Below, in pieces: positions 13,179 through 27,660 of a DNA stretch of 64,000 nt. Every line of letters starts with the position of its first letter. Within the stretch, counting starts at the first letter, position 1. The translations under genes and the position numbers were made by a program. The notes beneath the pieces were generated by a model. That model searched no databases. It saw only the letters and a program-made list of their open reading frames with translations, and was not told the origin of the DNA. The DNA comes from Octopus sinensis (lineage: Eukaryota), in contig NC_043008.1 of NCBI RefSeq assembly GCF_006345805.1, positions 12,462,001-12,526,000 on the forward strand, read 5' to 3'.

Positions 13179-13677
13179 GTTATTACTGGCAGAATCATTA
13201 GCACTTTGGGCAAAATACTTAGTGATATTTTGCCCATGGCTTCGTTCCAAGTTCAAATAATAAGTACCAGTTATGCACTGGGTGGATATAATCGACTAGC
13301 CCCTCTACCAGAATTTCAGCCTTTGTGCCTTTACTAGAAAAGATTATTACTATTATCATTATTATTAAAGCAGTGAGCTGGCATTTCTGAGTTCATATTC
13401 CATCAAGATCGACTTTGCCTTTAATCCTTTCGGGGTTGATCAAATAAATACCATTAACGTAATACAGTCCATGTAATCGACTTAATCCACTCCCCCAAAT
13501 TTAAGGGACATGGTCAACTGGTTAAGCTCAAACAACTGACAAGCAAATCTGTGGTATTGAGTAGAATATTTGCTGTAGCCTATCTTTTATACCAAGACAA
13601 ATCAATGTACATGATAATACTTCCAATCAGTTAAGATCAGAAGCCATGAGAGCCACTGCCTGGTACTGTATCGGGCC

Positions 13678-13710
<33 letters not shown>

Positions 13711-13936
13711 CAAAGCTGGCAGAATTGCTAGCATGCCAGGTGAAATATTTCATCTGTCACTATTTTCTAAGTTCAAATTCCGCCAAGGTCGATGTTGCTT
13801 TTCGTCCTTTTGGGGTTCAATAAATTATATGCCAGGTGAGCACTGGGGTCAATGTAATCAATTATCTCCCCACCAAAATTTCAGGCCTTGCACCTATAGT
13901 AAAAAGGATTTCTATTATTATTACTATTATTATTAC

Positions 13937-14000
<64 letters not shown>

Positions 14001-15311
14001 ATGGTTTTACACATTCCTTTTCTGTTTGTTACCAAACATACCAAAGTTCTGTAGATTTTCTCTCTCTTTTCCTACCTAATGTCATTAATCAACTTGCTTA
14101 TCTGAAGAATCTTGTCCATAAAATTTTCACTTGAACCGTTTTCAATATGGTAGCATTGAATTAACTACAGAATGAATAGAAGACCAAAAAATTTTTTTTT
14201 ACCATTTTTCTTTTTCTCTAGCGTTGAATTTTGCTTTTACTCTCTTTAAACTATATTTCATGGTTTCTTTACAAAAGAAACTGAAAGGCGGTTTTTTTTT
14301 TATATTTTTAATTTTTAAATTTTATTTTTATATATTATTTAAAATTTTATTTTTATTGAAAATAAACACAAAAGAATATTTTAAGGAAATCAAACTGAAA
14401 AGAATAAAAGAATACAAGAATAAAAGAATGCTGCGAATATGTATGGATGCCATGTTCTCCACCTTCCTTCCCACTTTAGGCCTTTTTTTTTTTTTGTGGT
14501 ATTTTGTTATTTTATTTTGTTTTTCTTCTTCTTTTTCTTTGACATATTACCAAACTATGAAAGCTCCTAAAGAAAAGGTTAAGTGTTGTTTTGCATGCAA
14601 CAGAATGGATGGTTGAAGCTAAGCTAAATCTGAATTTTGTACAATGTAACAATGTCAGGTGTATGTGTGGCGGTGTGTAAGTTTCTATGACTAGCAAGGG
14701 AGTTTTGTTTTAATTTTGTTAAGCTTTTTTAAATTTTTTTAATATGATTTAAAGTATGATGAATGTTCGTTAGAGAGGGTGGAGACGGAAGCTTTTTATT
14801 GTGAGAGTATGGTCGGTAGCATGAGTGGTGTGATGCGTCTTGATGGTGTGAGAGGGCGTCTGCATATGCTTATATGTTAGTGTTCGTATGCATTTGCATG
14901 TCCTATTGGTACGTGTGATAGAATAAAAGGTGAAAAAAAAGACAGTTGTTCCCATTGATTATAAAGAAGAATTTTATGGAGTGAATATCAAATGTAAGAT
15001 ATAAGAAGGCCAACAAATGGAGAGTATGTGTATAAGAAAAGAGAAAAGATAGAGAGCAGAGGTACTAGAAAAACACAGACATAAAAAATTAAATCAAGAG
15101 GTAGATATACATTAATAGTGATGGAGTGGGCAAATACTAAAAGCCTTTGGAATAAACTGTTGAAGGAGAAAACAATAAAGAATAAAAGAAAGCAAGAGAA
15201 AAAATATAAACAGATTTTTTATATAAGGGAATGCTTCCAAAAATGATGGCAGAATATGCATGTATGTGTGTGTATATATGTATATGTATTTACATATATA
15301 GTATATGTATG

Positions 15312-15416
<105 letters not shown>

Positions 15417-16222
15417 AATATATATGCTAGCATGGAGAACGGACTTTAAACGACGATGATGATGATATAGATATAATATCTATGTATATGAATATATATA
15501 CATATATACACATATACCTATATTTAATTTATATATGTATGTATATATATAATTATATATATATATACCTATATGAATTTATATATATATGTATATATAT
15601 ATATTTATATAATTATAATGTATCTATATATATATATTTATATATATATGTATATATGTATATATTTATATATATATGTATATATATATATGTGTATATA
15701 GATATATATGTGTGTGTGTGTCTGTGTGTATACTTATATTTAAATTTTGTGTGTGTATATGTATACCTATATTGAATTTATATAAATGCATACACATACA
15801 AACTGACATACATATATATGTGTGTGTGTAGATTGATTGATGGATAGATGGATTGATTGATAGATTAGATATATAAATAGAAAGATAGATAGATAATGTG
15901 GGAAACCAAGAGATGGACAAGAGAAAATATTAAGATATGAGAAAAGAGGTCCTTTGAGTGAAGAGAAACTGTTGCCAAACAACAGTAGGCAGATGTGCGT
16001 ATATTTGTATGTACACACGTAAGCACATACTCTTCATATCTATACACACACATATCCGTCATTCCACACATCTATACACATATCCAAAACATGCAAGCAT
16101 TCACACGTCTACGTATAGTTAGAGCCAAACACACATCAGCATACACACAATCCCACTGTTGTGCACACATAACCACACATATCCACACATCCACACAGTC
16201 AATCACACACACCCATACTTAT

Positions 16223-16262
<40 letters not shown>

Positions 16263-18089
16263 CCATGAATATATCCAAATACACATCATACTCCACTCAC
16301 AATCTCTTACGCAAAAAAAAAAATTGAAGAAAAAACTTTTGTCTTTTGTGTTTTTTCTTCCTCTTATTCTCAGTTTTTTCTTTTGTTTTTTTTTTATTCT
16401 TATGGTTCTCAGAAGAGCATTGAACCTAAAAGTTTTATTAGTCAGAATTAGCATATTATAGAATGGGATAACAGGAAGTGGTGGTGGTCGTGATGATGAT
16501 GGTGATGGGGAGTCAACAGAGATGAAATGGAAAGAGACCATAAATTGAGGAGAAAAAAAAAACATCTTTGAAATTTCGTCACTTTGGAAGAAAGTGAGAA
16601 TCTTGAGTAGATTCGTTGGAAATTGTAATAAAGATAGCAATGTAATTAGGCTAAGAAGTTAACTATTCAAGCTTTCAGTATTCTAAAAACCAAAAAAAAA
16701 CCCCCCAAAAAAACTGAAGAACTGGAATGGTTGGTGGTTGGTGTGTCGGATAGATGATAATAAAATGGGAGTGGTAATTGTTATGAGAATAATGTCTACA
16801 ATCACATCTATTATCAATGTCAGCATCACTATAAACTGATGAAGAAGATACTTAGAAATAACGATCTACAAGATCTTTCTCTTGTCCATCTTCAAAGGAC
16901 ACACTGCATTACATGGCGTATGTGTGTGTGGGTATATATATATATATATATATTGTGAAGGCACGTGGCTTAGTGCTTAGGGCATTCAGCTCATGATCGT
17001 AAGGTCGTGAGTTCAATTCCTGGTGGTGCGCTGGGTCCTTGAGCAAGACACTTTATTCCACATTGCTCCAGTCCACTCAGTTGGCAAAAAATGAGTAGTA
17101 CCTATATTTCAAAGGACCGGCATTGTCACACTCTGTGTCATGCTGAATCTCTCTGAGAACTTGCATTAAGAGTACACATGTCTGTGAAGTACTCAGCCAT
17201 TTGCAAGTTAATTTCACAAGCAGGCTGTTCCGTTGATCGTATCAGCTGGGACCCTTGTCGTCGCAACCGACGGAGTGCTCCCATATATATATATATATAT
17301 ATATATTGTGCTTGAGAAGACCTGTCGAGTCAAGGGAAATCATAGTCATGGCTGATGCTGGTGTCTCATAAATTGTACCTATGCTGGTGGCACGTAAAGA
17401 GCACCTTTCGAGTGTTGGGCCTCACGGAGGCAGAGTGGCTGAGTTCCTTTTAAGTGTTGGGCCTCAGGGTGGCAAAATAGCTGGGTTCCTTTTGATCATT
17501 GGGCCTCAACAAGGCAAAGCAGTTGAGTTCCTTTCGAGAGTTGGGCTTCATGGAGACAATGACTGAGATCTTTGGCCTTATGTCATGCTTGAGAAGAAAA
17601 CCCAACAAGCTGAGTAAAATTGCAATCATGACAGATACTAGTGTCATGCAAATGGCACCTGTGCCAGTGGCATATAGAAACACCCATTACACTCTCAGAG
17701 TGGTTGGCATTAGGAAGGGCATCCAGACATAGAAAACCATGCCAAATCAGACTGGAGTCCAGTGCAGCCTTCCAGATTACCAGCCCTGATCAAACCATCC
17801 AGCCAATGCCAGATTATAAAGGGCATTTTGTGTACTACAATCTGAGATGTGCTGTGTCTGAATAAAAAAAGAACAGGAATAAAGAGTCAAGGATAAAGTT
17901 CCTGTGACCAGTCTTTTGGCCAGAGTAGACTTAGGGTTAAACAAAGCAACAGCAAGAAGTATTTATTGAATAATGTAGCCTATCTCTCTCACACACACAC
18001 GCAAATAAATAATTTATAGAATAGATATGACTGGAATTATCATCATCATCATCAACATCATCATCATCATCATCATCAACATCATCATC

Positions 18090-18120
<31 letters not shown>

Positions 18121-18964
18121 TTAACGTTCGTTTTCCGTACTAGCACGGGTTGACTTGTGATAATAGGTATGGTCTATATGGGCCATCCTGGGGCCACGAG
18201 GCTTCGGTTGCATACAAAGTTGAATTAGTTGGATAATAACGAGCAAAGAAGGAAGTAAACGAATTTGGAAACGAATATTAACGATTAGTAGAGTTTAGGG
18301 GAGAGAAAACTGATTTTTGCAATGAATTAACGAACAGTGTGAAAAGGACTACAAACAGAACCAAAAGAAAAGTGCAGAGTTTTTTTGCATCGGTTCCATA
18401 ACAGTTTCTGACGTTCATTTGAAGTATTCACATCTTCTCACGTTCCTCTTTGAATATGCAGGAAATTTATCAACTGTGTCTAATGCAATAGAGAAGAAGC
18501 AAATGGTTGCATAATTTAGATTGCATATTTATGCAAATGCTTGATATGAATGCGCATGTATGTGCATATGCATGTACGGATGAACTATGATAAACACACA
18601 TGCGTACATGAATTTATGTTTGTTTACACTGGCGCGTTGCACCGGGGGTTAAGGTTTGCGGGTTTGTTTGCGACACATGAGCTATAACATGTTAAATGCC
18701 CTTCGAAGTCTGCTAGGTTAAAAGCAATTTTTTCTTTTTCTTGTTCTTTTTCTTTCTATGCTTTATTATGAAAATAACATTGCAAGTGTTATTTAAACAT
18801 GTGGACCACATGGTCCTTGGTTCAATCACTCCGTGTAGCACCATGTGCAACTGTCTTTATTGTCTCTTACCATACACCTGTGCTTGAAGCCTTGTGAGTG
18901 GATTTGGTTGACAGAAACTAATAGGAGCCTGCTGTTGTATATGTGTATATATATATATATATGT

Positions 18965-19010
<46 letters not shown>

Positions 19011-19557
19011 TGTGTGTGTCTGTCTGTGTGTGTGTAGGCGCAATGGCTCAGTGGTTAGGGCAGTGCACTCGTGGTCGGAGCATCGTGGTTTCGATTCCCA
19101 GGCCAGGCATTGTGTGTGTTTATTGAGTGAAAATACCTAAAGCTCCACAAGGCTCTGGCAGGGGGTGGTGGTGACCTCTGTTGTACTCTTTCATCCCAAC
19201 TTTCTCTCACTCTCTTTTCCTGTTTCTTGAGTAATGCTGCGATGGACTGGCACCCCTTCCAGCTGGGGCAGGGAGACACACATGCCACAGAAACCGGGTC
19301 CATGAGCCTGGCTAGGCTGGAAAAGAGAGCATAAATAAATAATAAATATATGGCATAAAGAAAATGGAGGGGATGCAAAAATGACATACATCAGTCGGTA
19401 GACATTCTATTATGTCTATTTATTCCAAAACAAATGGGAGTATTATAAGAATACACACACATGCAAAGACTGTGTGCGACACAAATATATACCCGTAATA
19501 GTAATAATAGTAATATATGTATTACTATTATTATCATTATTGAGATGCAGCACGGAC

Positions 19558-19607
19558 TTTGTCAGTGAACAGGTCGCGGATTTTAGCGACGAAAATATTT
19601 TGACAAA
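19558..19607 (+). ncRNA. Minimal hammerhead-like motif with swapped G3-C8 pair
   Basis: TTTGTCA GTGAACA G GTCGC GGATTTTA GCGAC GAAA ATATTT TGACAAA. 7-bp stem I, 5-bp stem II, AAATATTT palindrome, ATTAAA directly after. Confidence 0.7.
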
Positions 19608-19957
19608 TTAAACTTAAATGTTGAAGTGAATCGAACGGCTTTTGTGTGTTTCTTAAATGGCTTATAAAAACCTTCCACGCTGCAATTGTGTTCGTTTCAG
19701 CACACGATCTCAGATCAAATTACTTGCTATGCGAGTACATCTCCGTAAATCATTATTGTTATTATAAATTAAGGGTATACCACTTTTTACCCCTGCCCAT
19801 ATATGACCTTTGATTGCGAAATTGCCATGCAATAACTAGCACTTTATGAATAATTGGTCACACTACCAGCAGTATATTGGACAGGTACTATCCCTTAGTT
19901 GGTTGGCTTCCCAACCTCTAACTCTCACGGAAATATATATGTATGTATGTGTGTATG

Positions 19958-19992
<35 letters not shown>

Positions 19993-20322
19993 ATATATAT
20001 AAGAGTGTGTGTGTATATATCATCATCGTTTAACGTCCGCTAGGAATATGTATGTATGTGTGTGTGTGTGTATAATGCATGCATGTATATATACAGGGTG
20101 ACCCCAAAAAAATAGAACCCATAAAAATTTTATTGAATCCTACAAAGGTCCAGCAAATTTCAAGAACTCCCATTTCTAGCATGATGGAAAACCACTTAGT
20201 GGCTTTACTTCAGTGTCTAAATCTTATATACACATATGTAATATAATAATATTTGTAGTTGATGGATATTTTTACTCATGCTGGCCACTGGTAAAAAATT
20301 AATATTTAATTTTTACCCTATG

Positions 20323-20362
<40 letters not shown>

Positions 20363-22850
20363 TACATACACACATATATAGTAGACATTAGTAACAAAAG
20401 CAGTATTAATATGAAAAGCAGTCAAATTACTGTAACTAATAGAAGATAAAAGATGTATATGTGTGTGTTTGTATGTGTATGTGTGTGTACATGCATGCGT
20501 GTGTGTGTGTGTGCGTCCATGTGTGTGTAAATCAGTCATGACATTAAGAAGGTTATATTCTGGTTATATTCTGATACACGCACAACTACGTACATACATA
20601 CATACATACATACATACATACATACATACATACATACATACATACATACATACACACACATATACATGCATACACACACACGTGTGCATTGTGTGTGTGT
20701 ATGAGAGAGATAGAATACAAATCAATCATTTTAAGCAAAATAAATTATTGAAATTATGTTGCAGATACTGAAGGAAATAAAAACTTCTAAATTGGTGAAT
20801 CATTAAAGAGAATTAATTCAATAATTTCTACTAAAATACCATTGTCGTTAGTAGAATCCCATTCTATATTTTTGCATCTTTGCTTTCAAACATGTTGTCT
20901 CTTTCGTTTTGTTTCTTTCGATGCTGATTTTTCTGCCAGCTTCAGCATAAAACATTGCTGTCTGGAATCAAGGTTATTTGAATAATTCCTTTATTGTTTA
21001 TTAGTGGTCTGATAATGGACACTCCCACACTCGTAGAAAAGACAAAAGAAATTATTGTTGTTGTTATTATTTCTGAAGCCTTCGGAATTAATTAAAGACG
21101 TCTACTAATGCTATTCCTATCCTGTTTGAATGTAATTTGATGTCCTTGAATTATAGGAAAAAAGAAAAGAAAGAAAAAGAAAAAAAGAAGATAAAGAAAT
21201 AAAAGACAGTCTGGAAATTGATTTGATTGGAATTTTGGAAATTTAAAATAAAAGTCTAATATTGGTTTTTCTTCATTCCTTCCCATTGGCTGCATCCCTT
21301 TATTTTTATCCCTTTATTTTTATCCCTGCTATTTCCATGCTATGTTTGAAACAATGGTCCACCTATATTACAATTTGAAATGATGTCTGGTATTCTGTCA
21401 GTTACGACAATGAGAGTTCCAGATTCTTCCGATCAATGGAACGGGTCGCTTGCAAAATTAATGTGCACCTTTCCAGGAGTCGATAAAAGAATGTAGCAGT
21501 TGAAAACTGGGGTCAGGGTAATTGACTTACCCCTTTCTATGAAATTGTGGGCCGCATACCAAAATTTGAAATCAATATTTGTGTTCAAATAAGATGGTGA
21601 GCTGGCAGAATGGTCAACACACTGGACAAAATGTTTAGTAACATCTTGTCTGTCGTTGCGTTCTGAGTTCAAATCCCACCAAGTTTGACTTTGGCTTTTT
21701 TGTTTGTCTTTGTGTTCTGAGTTCAAATTCTGCTGCGGTTGGTTTTCCCTTTCATCCTTTTATAAATAAATGTGCCCTTTTAAAGCCTAGCCAGGCTCAT
21801 GAGCTCAGTTTCCCAGTTTCTATGGTGTATGTGTTCCTCAGCTGGACGGGACGCCAGTCCATTGCAGCGTTACTCACTTTTACCAGATGAGTGGACTGGA
21901 GCAATGTGAAATGAAGTGTTTTGCTCAAGAACACAATGTGTTGCCCGGTCCAGGAATCGAAACCACAATCTTACGATCATGATGCTGACACCCTAACCAC
22001 TAAGCCACGTGCCTCCACACCTTTCATCCTTTTGGGACTCAATAAAAAACATAGCAGTCGAAAACTTGAGTCATGGTCATTGATTCATCCCCTCCCCTGA
22101 AATAGCTGGCCTTGAAACTAATATATGAGTTCAAATATTTATTTTGTATCCATTTACGATTTTGATTTAAATATTTGCAAAGTGGCCCTGGAATTTAACT
22201 TAAGCTGATCAAGTCAGAGGGAGAGAAATGAGAGGCATCATAGCTGTAATAGCCATCTTCTTTACTTTCATTTAAATCTACCATCCAAACACACATCGAC
22301 AAACATCTAAGCTAGATTATGTATTTGTCCGAAATCTTTACTGCAGATCAATAAATTTCCTTACGTGTTTATCGAGGATTTCTCTCTATACATCATATTC
22401 ACCATGTAATATATATTCCTCTCAGTATATACTAAAATATCGCGGTATAAATGATTAAATCAATCATAACCTACTTTCAATGGCAGACACTTTAGACTAT
22501 TCCGTGACAGCATTATATGGATCGCAGGAGAAGGAGATATTTGACAAGAACGTACAATGAAGAAACAAATTTACTTCCTTGTCAAGACTGACTTTATGTA
22601 AAGCAACTTTTTATCCTTCCCTATTGACATTTAATCTAATAAATGCCAGTTGATCATTTGCAGGTTTAAACTTTCATTTCAAGCCTCTTCCATTTTCTTT
22701 CCGTACGCATAGTGCTTTCCTCTCTCGATCTGTTCAATCTAATTGATTCCCGACATTATTCAAATGCAATCACAGAAAATATTGTTTATTTGTTTACGTA
22801 TGCTTTATTGTACATGTACATGTGCATACATACATACATACATACATACA

Positions 22851-22911
<61 letters not shown>

Positions 22912-23016
22912 ATGCACATAGATATGTATATATAAGTGTTTGCATGTGTATATATATATGTGTATATATATATATATTTATACATATATATATGTATATA
23001 TACATATATATTTATA

Positions 23017-23054
<38 letters not shown>

Positions 23055-23724
23055 AATCGACGTTACCAATGTCGCCTTACTGGCACCTGTGCCAGTGGCA
23101 TGTGTAAAAAGATTCGAACGAGGTCATTGCCAGTACCACCTGACTGGCCCCGTGGCGGTGGCATGTAAAAAGCACTCACTACACCCTCGGAGTGGTTGGC
23201 ATTAGGAAGGGCATCCAGCTGTAGAAACTCTGCCAGATCAAGATTGGAGCCTGATGCAGCTGTCTGGTCCGCCAGCCCTCAGTCAAAATCGTCCAACCCA
23301 TGCTAGCATGGAAGGCAGACAAACGATGATGATGATGATATATATATATATATCTATGTATTTCCATGCTGGTGGCACGTAAAAGGCACCATTCGAGCAT
23401 GATCATCACCTGCGTGGTCTTACTGGCACTTGTGCCGGTGCCACGGGAAAAAGTGTTCGAGTGAGGTTGTTACCATTGTCACTGGACTGGGTCCTGTGCA
23501 GGTGGAACATAAAAAACACCATTTGAGGATGGCTGTTGCCAGTACTGCCTGACTGGCCCTCATGCTGGTGGCACATAAAAGCACCCACTACACTCTCGGA
23601 GTGGTTGGAGCCTGGTGCAGCCATCTGGTTCGCCAGACCTCAGTCAAATCGTCCAACCCATGCTAGCATGGAAAGCATACCTTAAACAATGAAGAAAGAA
23701 AGATTTCAAATATACATACACTTA

Positions 23725-23757
<33 letters not shown>

Positions 23758-23777
23758 GCATGCATGTGTGTGTGTGA

Positions 23778-23824
<47 letters not shown>

Positions 23825-24048
23825 TGCACACATATATATATAAACAAACATTATTTATTTCTTGCTTTGTTTTTCTGTTTGTTGATTCTACCGAAGTATC
23901 TTGACGCTAATTAAAGGCAAGACTACTGTCTCAGACATTACTTTCATGTATGCTACATTAATTAGATTATGAGTCAATAGTCAGGAATACAATATTTATC
24001 TAATATCAGTGGTGACAAACTTTCTCCTCAACCACATGTAAGGAATAT

Positions 24049-24106
<58 letters not shown>

Positions 24107-24551
24107 GCTTTGTTTGTTTCGTTAGCAAATATAGAACAATCAAAAGAATCAATATTTTGTGATTTAGCTATGATTAATTCATTTATTGTTGCGGGCACTT
24201 TAACGCATGGATCGCAAGATGTCACATCAGTGAAACCGTAAAATGAACGCCAAGTTGAAGCTGAAGAATTAAAATGGATCTTTTGGATGCCCTTGCAATT
24301 TTAGGAGAGTGTTTTTTGTTTCAAAGAATTCTCTATAACGTTGTAACACTTGGACAAAAGAAAACACAGCATAAATTCACAGCTCAACTGTCAAATAATA
24401 ATGAAGTACAACATTTGATTAGATAAACTCAATCTCTTGTGTTTGACGGAGAACAATACAAATATGTATTTATGTATAAGAAGCAAAGTGATTACTGAAC
24501 AAATTACATATACATTTATATGTATATAAATGGCCCTCGTGCCGGTGGCAC

Positions 24552-25220
24552 ATAAAAAGCACCATCCGTTCGTGGCCGTTTGCCAGCTCTGTCTGGCACC
24601 AGTGCAGGTGGCACGTAAAAAGCACCCACTACACTCACGGAGTGGTTGGCGTTAGGAAGGGCATCCAGCCGTAGAAACACTGCCAGATTTGACTGGGCCT
24701 GATGAAGCCTTCTGGCTTCACAGCCCCCAGTAGAACCGTCCACCCCATGCTAGCATGGAAAACGGACGCTAAATGATGAGATGATGATGATGATTTATTG
24801 ATAAGATGTTTTAGTTATCGCAATCTAATTTTGGAATTAATGTCGTCTAAATCATTACGGTTCTTGCCAATTAAACACAAACATTTCTCTGTATACTTAA
24901 TCTGATTTCATATTTTTAATTAGCAAAGATAAAATGAATTATTTACATTATTTTCCACATTTCAGATTTATTCTTGGGTCGTCGTCGTCCAAGTAACTGC
25001 TGGAAATCAAATTCGGAATCTTGGGGTTAGTAGCCCGCGCTGTTAACCACTATGCCATGTGCCCGTGAGCAATTATGGAGTGAATTTTAAGGCTTATAAA
25101 TCTAATATTCTCCTACCCTTCCTCAATACCGGTTCCCATATGTTGAACTGCTAAGTTATGGGACATGAACACCCCAACATCAGTTGTCAAGCGATGGTGG
25201 GAGAACAAGCACAGACACAC

Positions 25221-25257
<37 letters not shown>

Positions 25258-26672
25258 ACATACACACACATACAGATGTATATATGTTGGCGTCGTTCAG
25301 TTTCTGTCTTTCAAATCTAAGCACCAGGATTTGATCAGCCTGAGGCTATGGTAGAAGACACTTACCCGAGGTGTCACACAGTGGGACCGACCCAGAACAA
25401 TGTGGTTGGGAAGCAAGCTTCTTTACCACTCAGCCACTCCTGTGCCTATTATATAGATATATATACGTAAAAAGCACCAGCTGTCCGTGGCCGTTTACCA
25501 GCTCCTCTGGCACCTGTGCGGAAGGCATGTAAAAAGCACCCACTACACTCACGGAGTGGTTNNNNNNNNNNNNNNNNNNNNNNNNNNNNNNNNNNNNNNN
25601 NNNNNNNNNNNNNNNNNNNNNNNNNNNNNNNNNNNNNNNNNNNNNNNNNNNNNNNNNNNNNATAAAAAGCACCATCCGTTCGTGGCCGTTTGCCAGCTCT
25701 GTCTGGCACCAGTGCAGGTGGCACGTAAAAAGCACCCACTACACTCACGGAGTGGTTGGCGTTAGGAAGGGCATCCAGCCGTAGAAACACTGCCAGATTT
25801 GACTGGGCCTGATGAAGCCTTCTGGCTTCACAGACCCCAGTAGAACCGTCCAACCCATGCTAGCATGGAAAACGGACGCTAAATGATGATGATGATGATG
25901 ATGATTTATTGATAAGATGTTTTAGTTATCGCAATCTAATTTTGGAATTAATGTCGCTAAATCATTACGGTTCTTGCCAATTAAACACAAACATTTCTCT
26001 GTATACTTAATCTGATTTCATATTTTATAATTAGCAAAGATAAAATGAATTATTTACATTATTTTCCACATTTCAGATTTATTCTTGGGTCGTCGTCGTC
26101 CAAGTAACTGCTGGAAATCAAATTCGGAATCTTGGGGTTAGTAGCCCGCGCTGTTAACCACTATGCCATGTGCCCGTGAGCAATTATGGAGTGAATTTTA
26201 AGGCTTATAAATCTAATATTCTCCTACCCTTCCTCAATACCGGTTCCCATATGTTGAACTGCTAAGTTATGGGGACATGAACACCCCAACATCAGTTGTC
26301 AAGCGATGGTGGGAGAACAAGCACAGACACACAAATACACACACACACACACACACACACATACACACATACACACACATACAGATGTATATATGTTGGG
26401 CGTCTTTCAGTTTCTGTCTTTCAAATCTAAGCACAAGGATTTGATCAGCCTGAGGCTATGGTAGAAGACACTTACCCGAGGTGTCACACAGTGGGACCGA
26501 ACCCAGAACAATGTGGTTGGGAAGCAAGCTTCTTACCACTCAGCCACTCCTGTGCCTATTATATATATATATATACGTAAAAAGCACCAGCTGTCCGTGG
26601 CCGTTTACCAGCTCCATCTGGCACCTGTGCGGAAGGCATGTAAAAAGCACCCACTACACTCACGGAGTGGTT
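24552..26672. other. 100-N scaffold gap (25562-25661) flanked by a duplicated 1.0-kb sequence
   Basis: 24552-25561 repeats as 25662-26672 with only small indels and a few substitutions. Confidence 0.95.
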
Positions 26673-26812
26673 GGCATTAGGAAGGGCATCCAGCCTGATG
26701 CAGCCTTCTGGCTTCACAGACCCCAGTTGAACCGTCCAACCCATGCTAACATGGAAAGCGGACGCTAAATGATGATGATGATACATACATGCATAATTGT
26801 ATATATATATAG

Positions 26813-26846
<34 letters not shown>

Positions 26847-27344
26847 TATATATACATACATACATAATTGTATATAATATATATATACATACATAATTGT
26901 GTGTATATATATATATATATGTATATCATGCTGGATGTGCATGAAAATTGTGGCCCTTGAGTCACTTTGTAACGTCTACTGATTAAATGCATCCCTGTGC
27001 ATGCGCACGTGTGTGCGTGCATTATATACACACTAACTAACGTACAAATATTCTTTGCATATGTAGGTATGTCTGAATGTTTATATTACATGTATAAACA
27101 CACAATCATTCATCGAGAGAGACAGAGAGAGAGAGAGAGAGAAAGAAAGAGAGAGAGATGGGAAGAAAGCGACATATGAAGGTGAGGAATGCTGTCAATG
27201 TCTTATTGACTTCTGTATTAACCTTCAGTTGGTATCGCTTCCGTGACCTTCAAGATTGGGTGGCAAACAGTTGCTCCAAAGTCTTTTTCTAGCACACAAA
27301 TTCACATCAATAACCTTTCTGTGCTGTTGTTATTTTATCGTTTA

Positions 27345-27358
27345 TCATTATCATCATC

Positions 27359-27410
<52 letters not shown>

Positions 27411-27421
27411 TATTATTATTA

Positions 27422-27461
<40 letters not shown>

Positions 27462-27472
27462 TATTATTATTA

Positions 27473-27527
<55 letters not shown>

Positions 27528-27541
27528 TATTATTATTATCA

Positions 27542-27572
<31 letters not shown>

Positions 27573-27595
27573 TATTACTATTATTATTATCATTA

Positions 27596-27657
<62 letters not shown>

Positions 27658-27660
27658 CAT
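27345..27660. repeat. Long (TAT)n microsatellite, representative of many (TA)n, (TG)n, (TAT)n, (CAT)n, (GATA)n and (CATA)n arrays
   Basis: Directly visible. Other large arrays at 3340-3735, 11930-12137, 40625-41190, 56790-57515, 61935-62283. Confidence 0.98.

Noticed and set aside
14222-14616. In-frame ORF after a strong polypyrimidine acceptor as a possible terminal exon
   Set aside because: Low-complexity F/I/K composition from poly-T and poly-A tracts; not protein-like.
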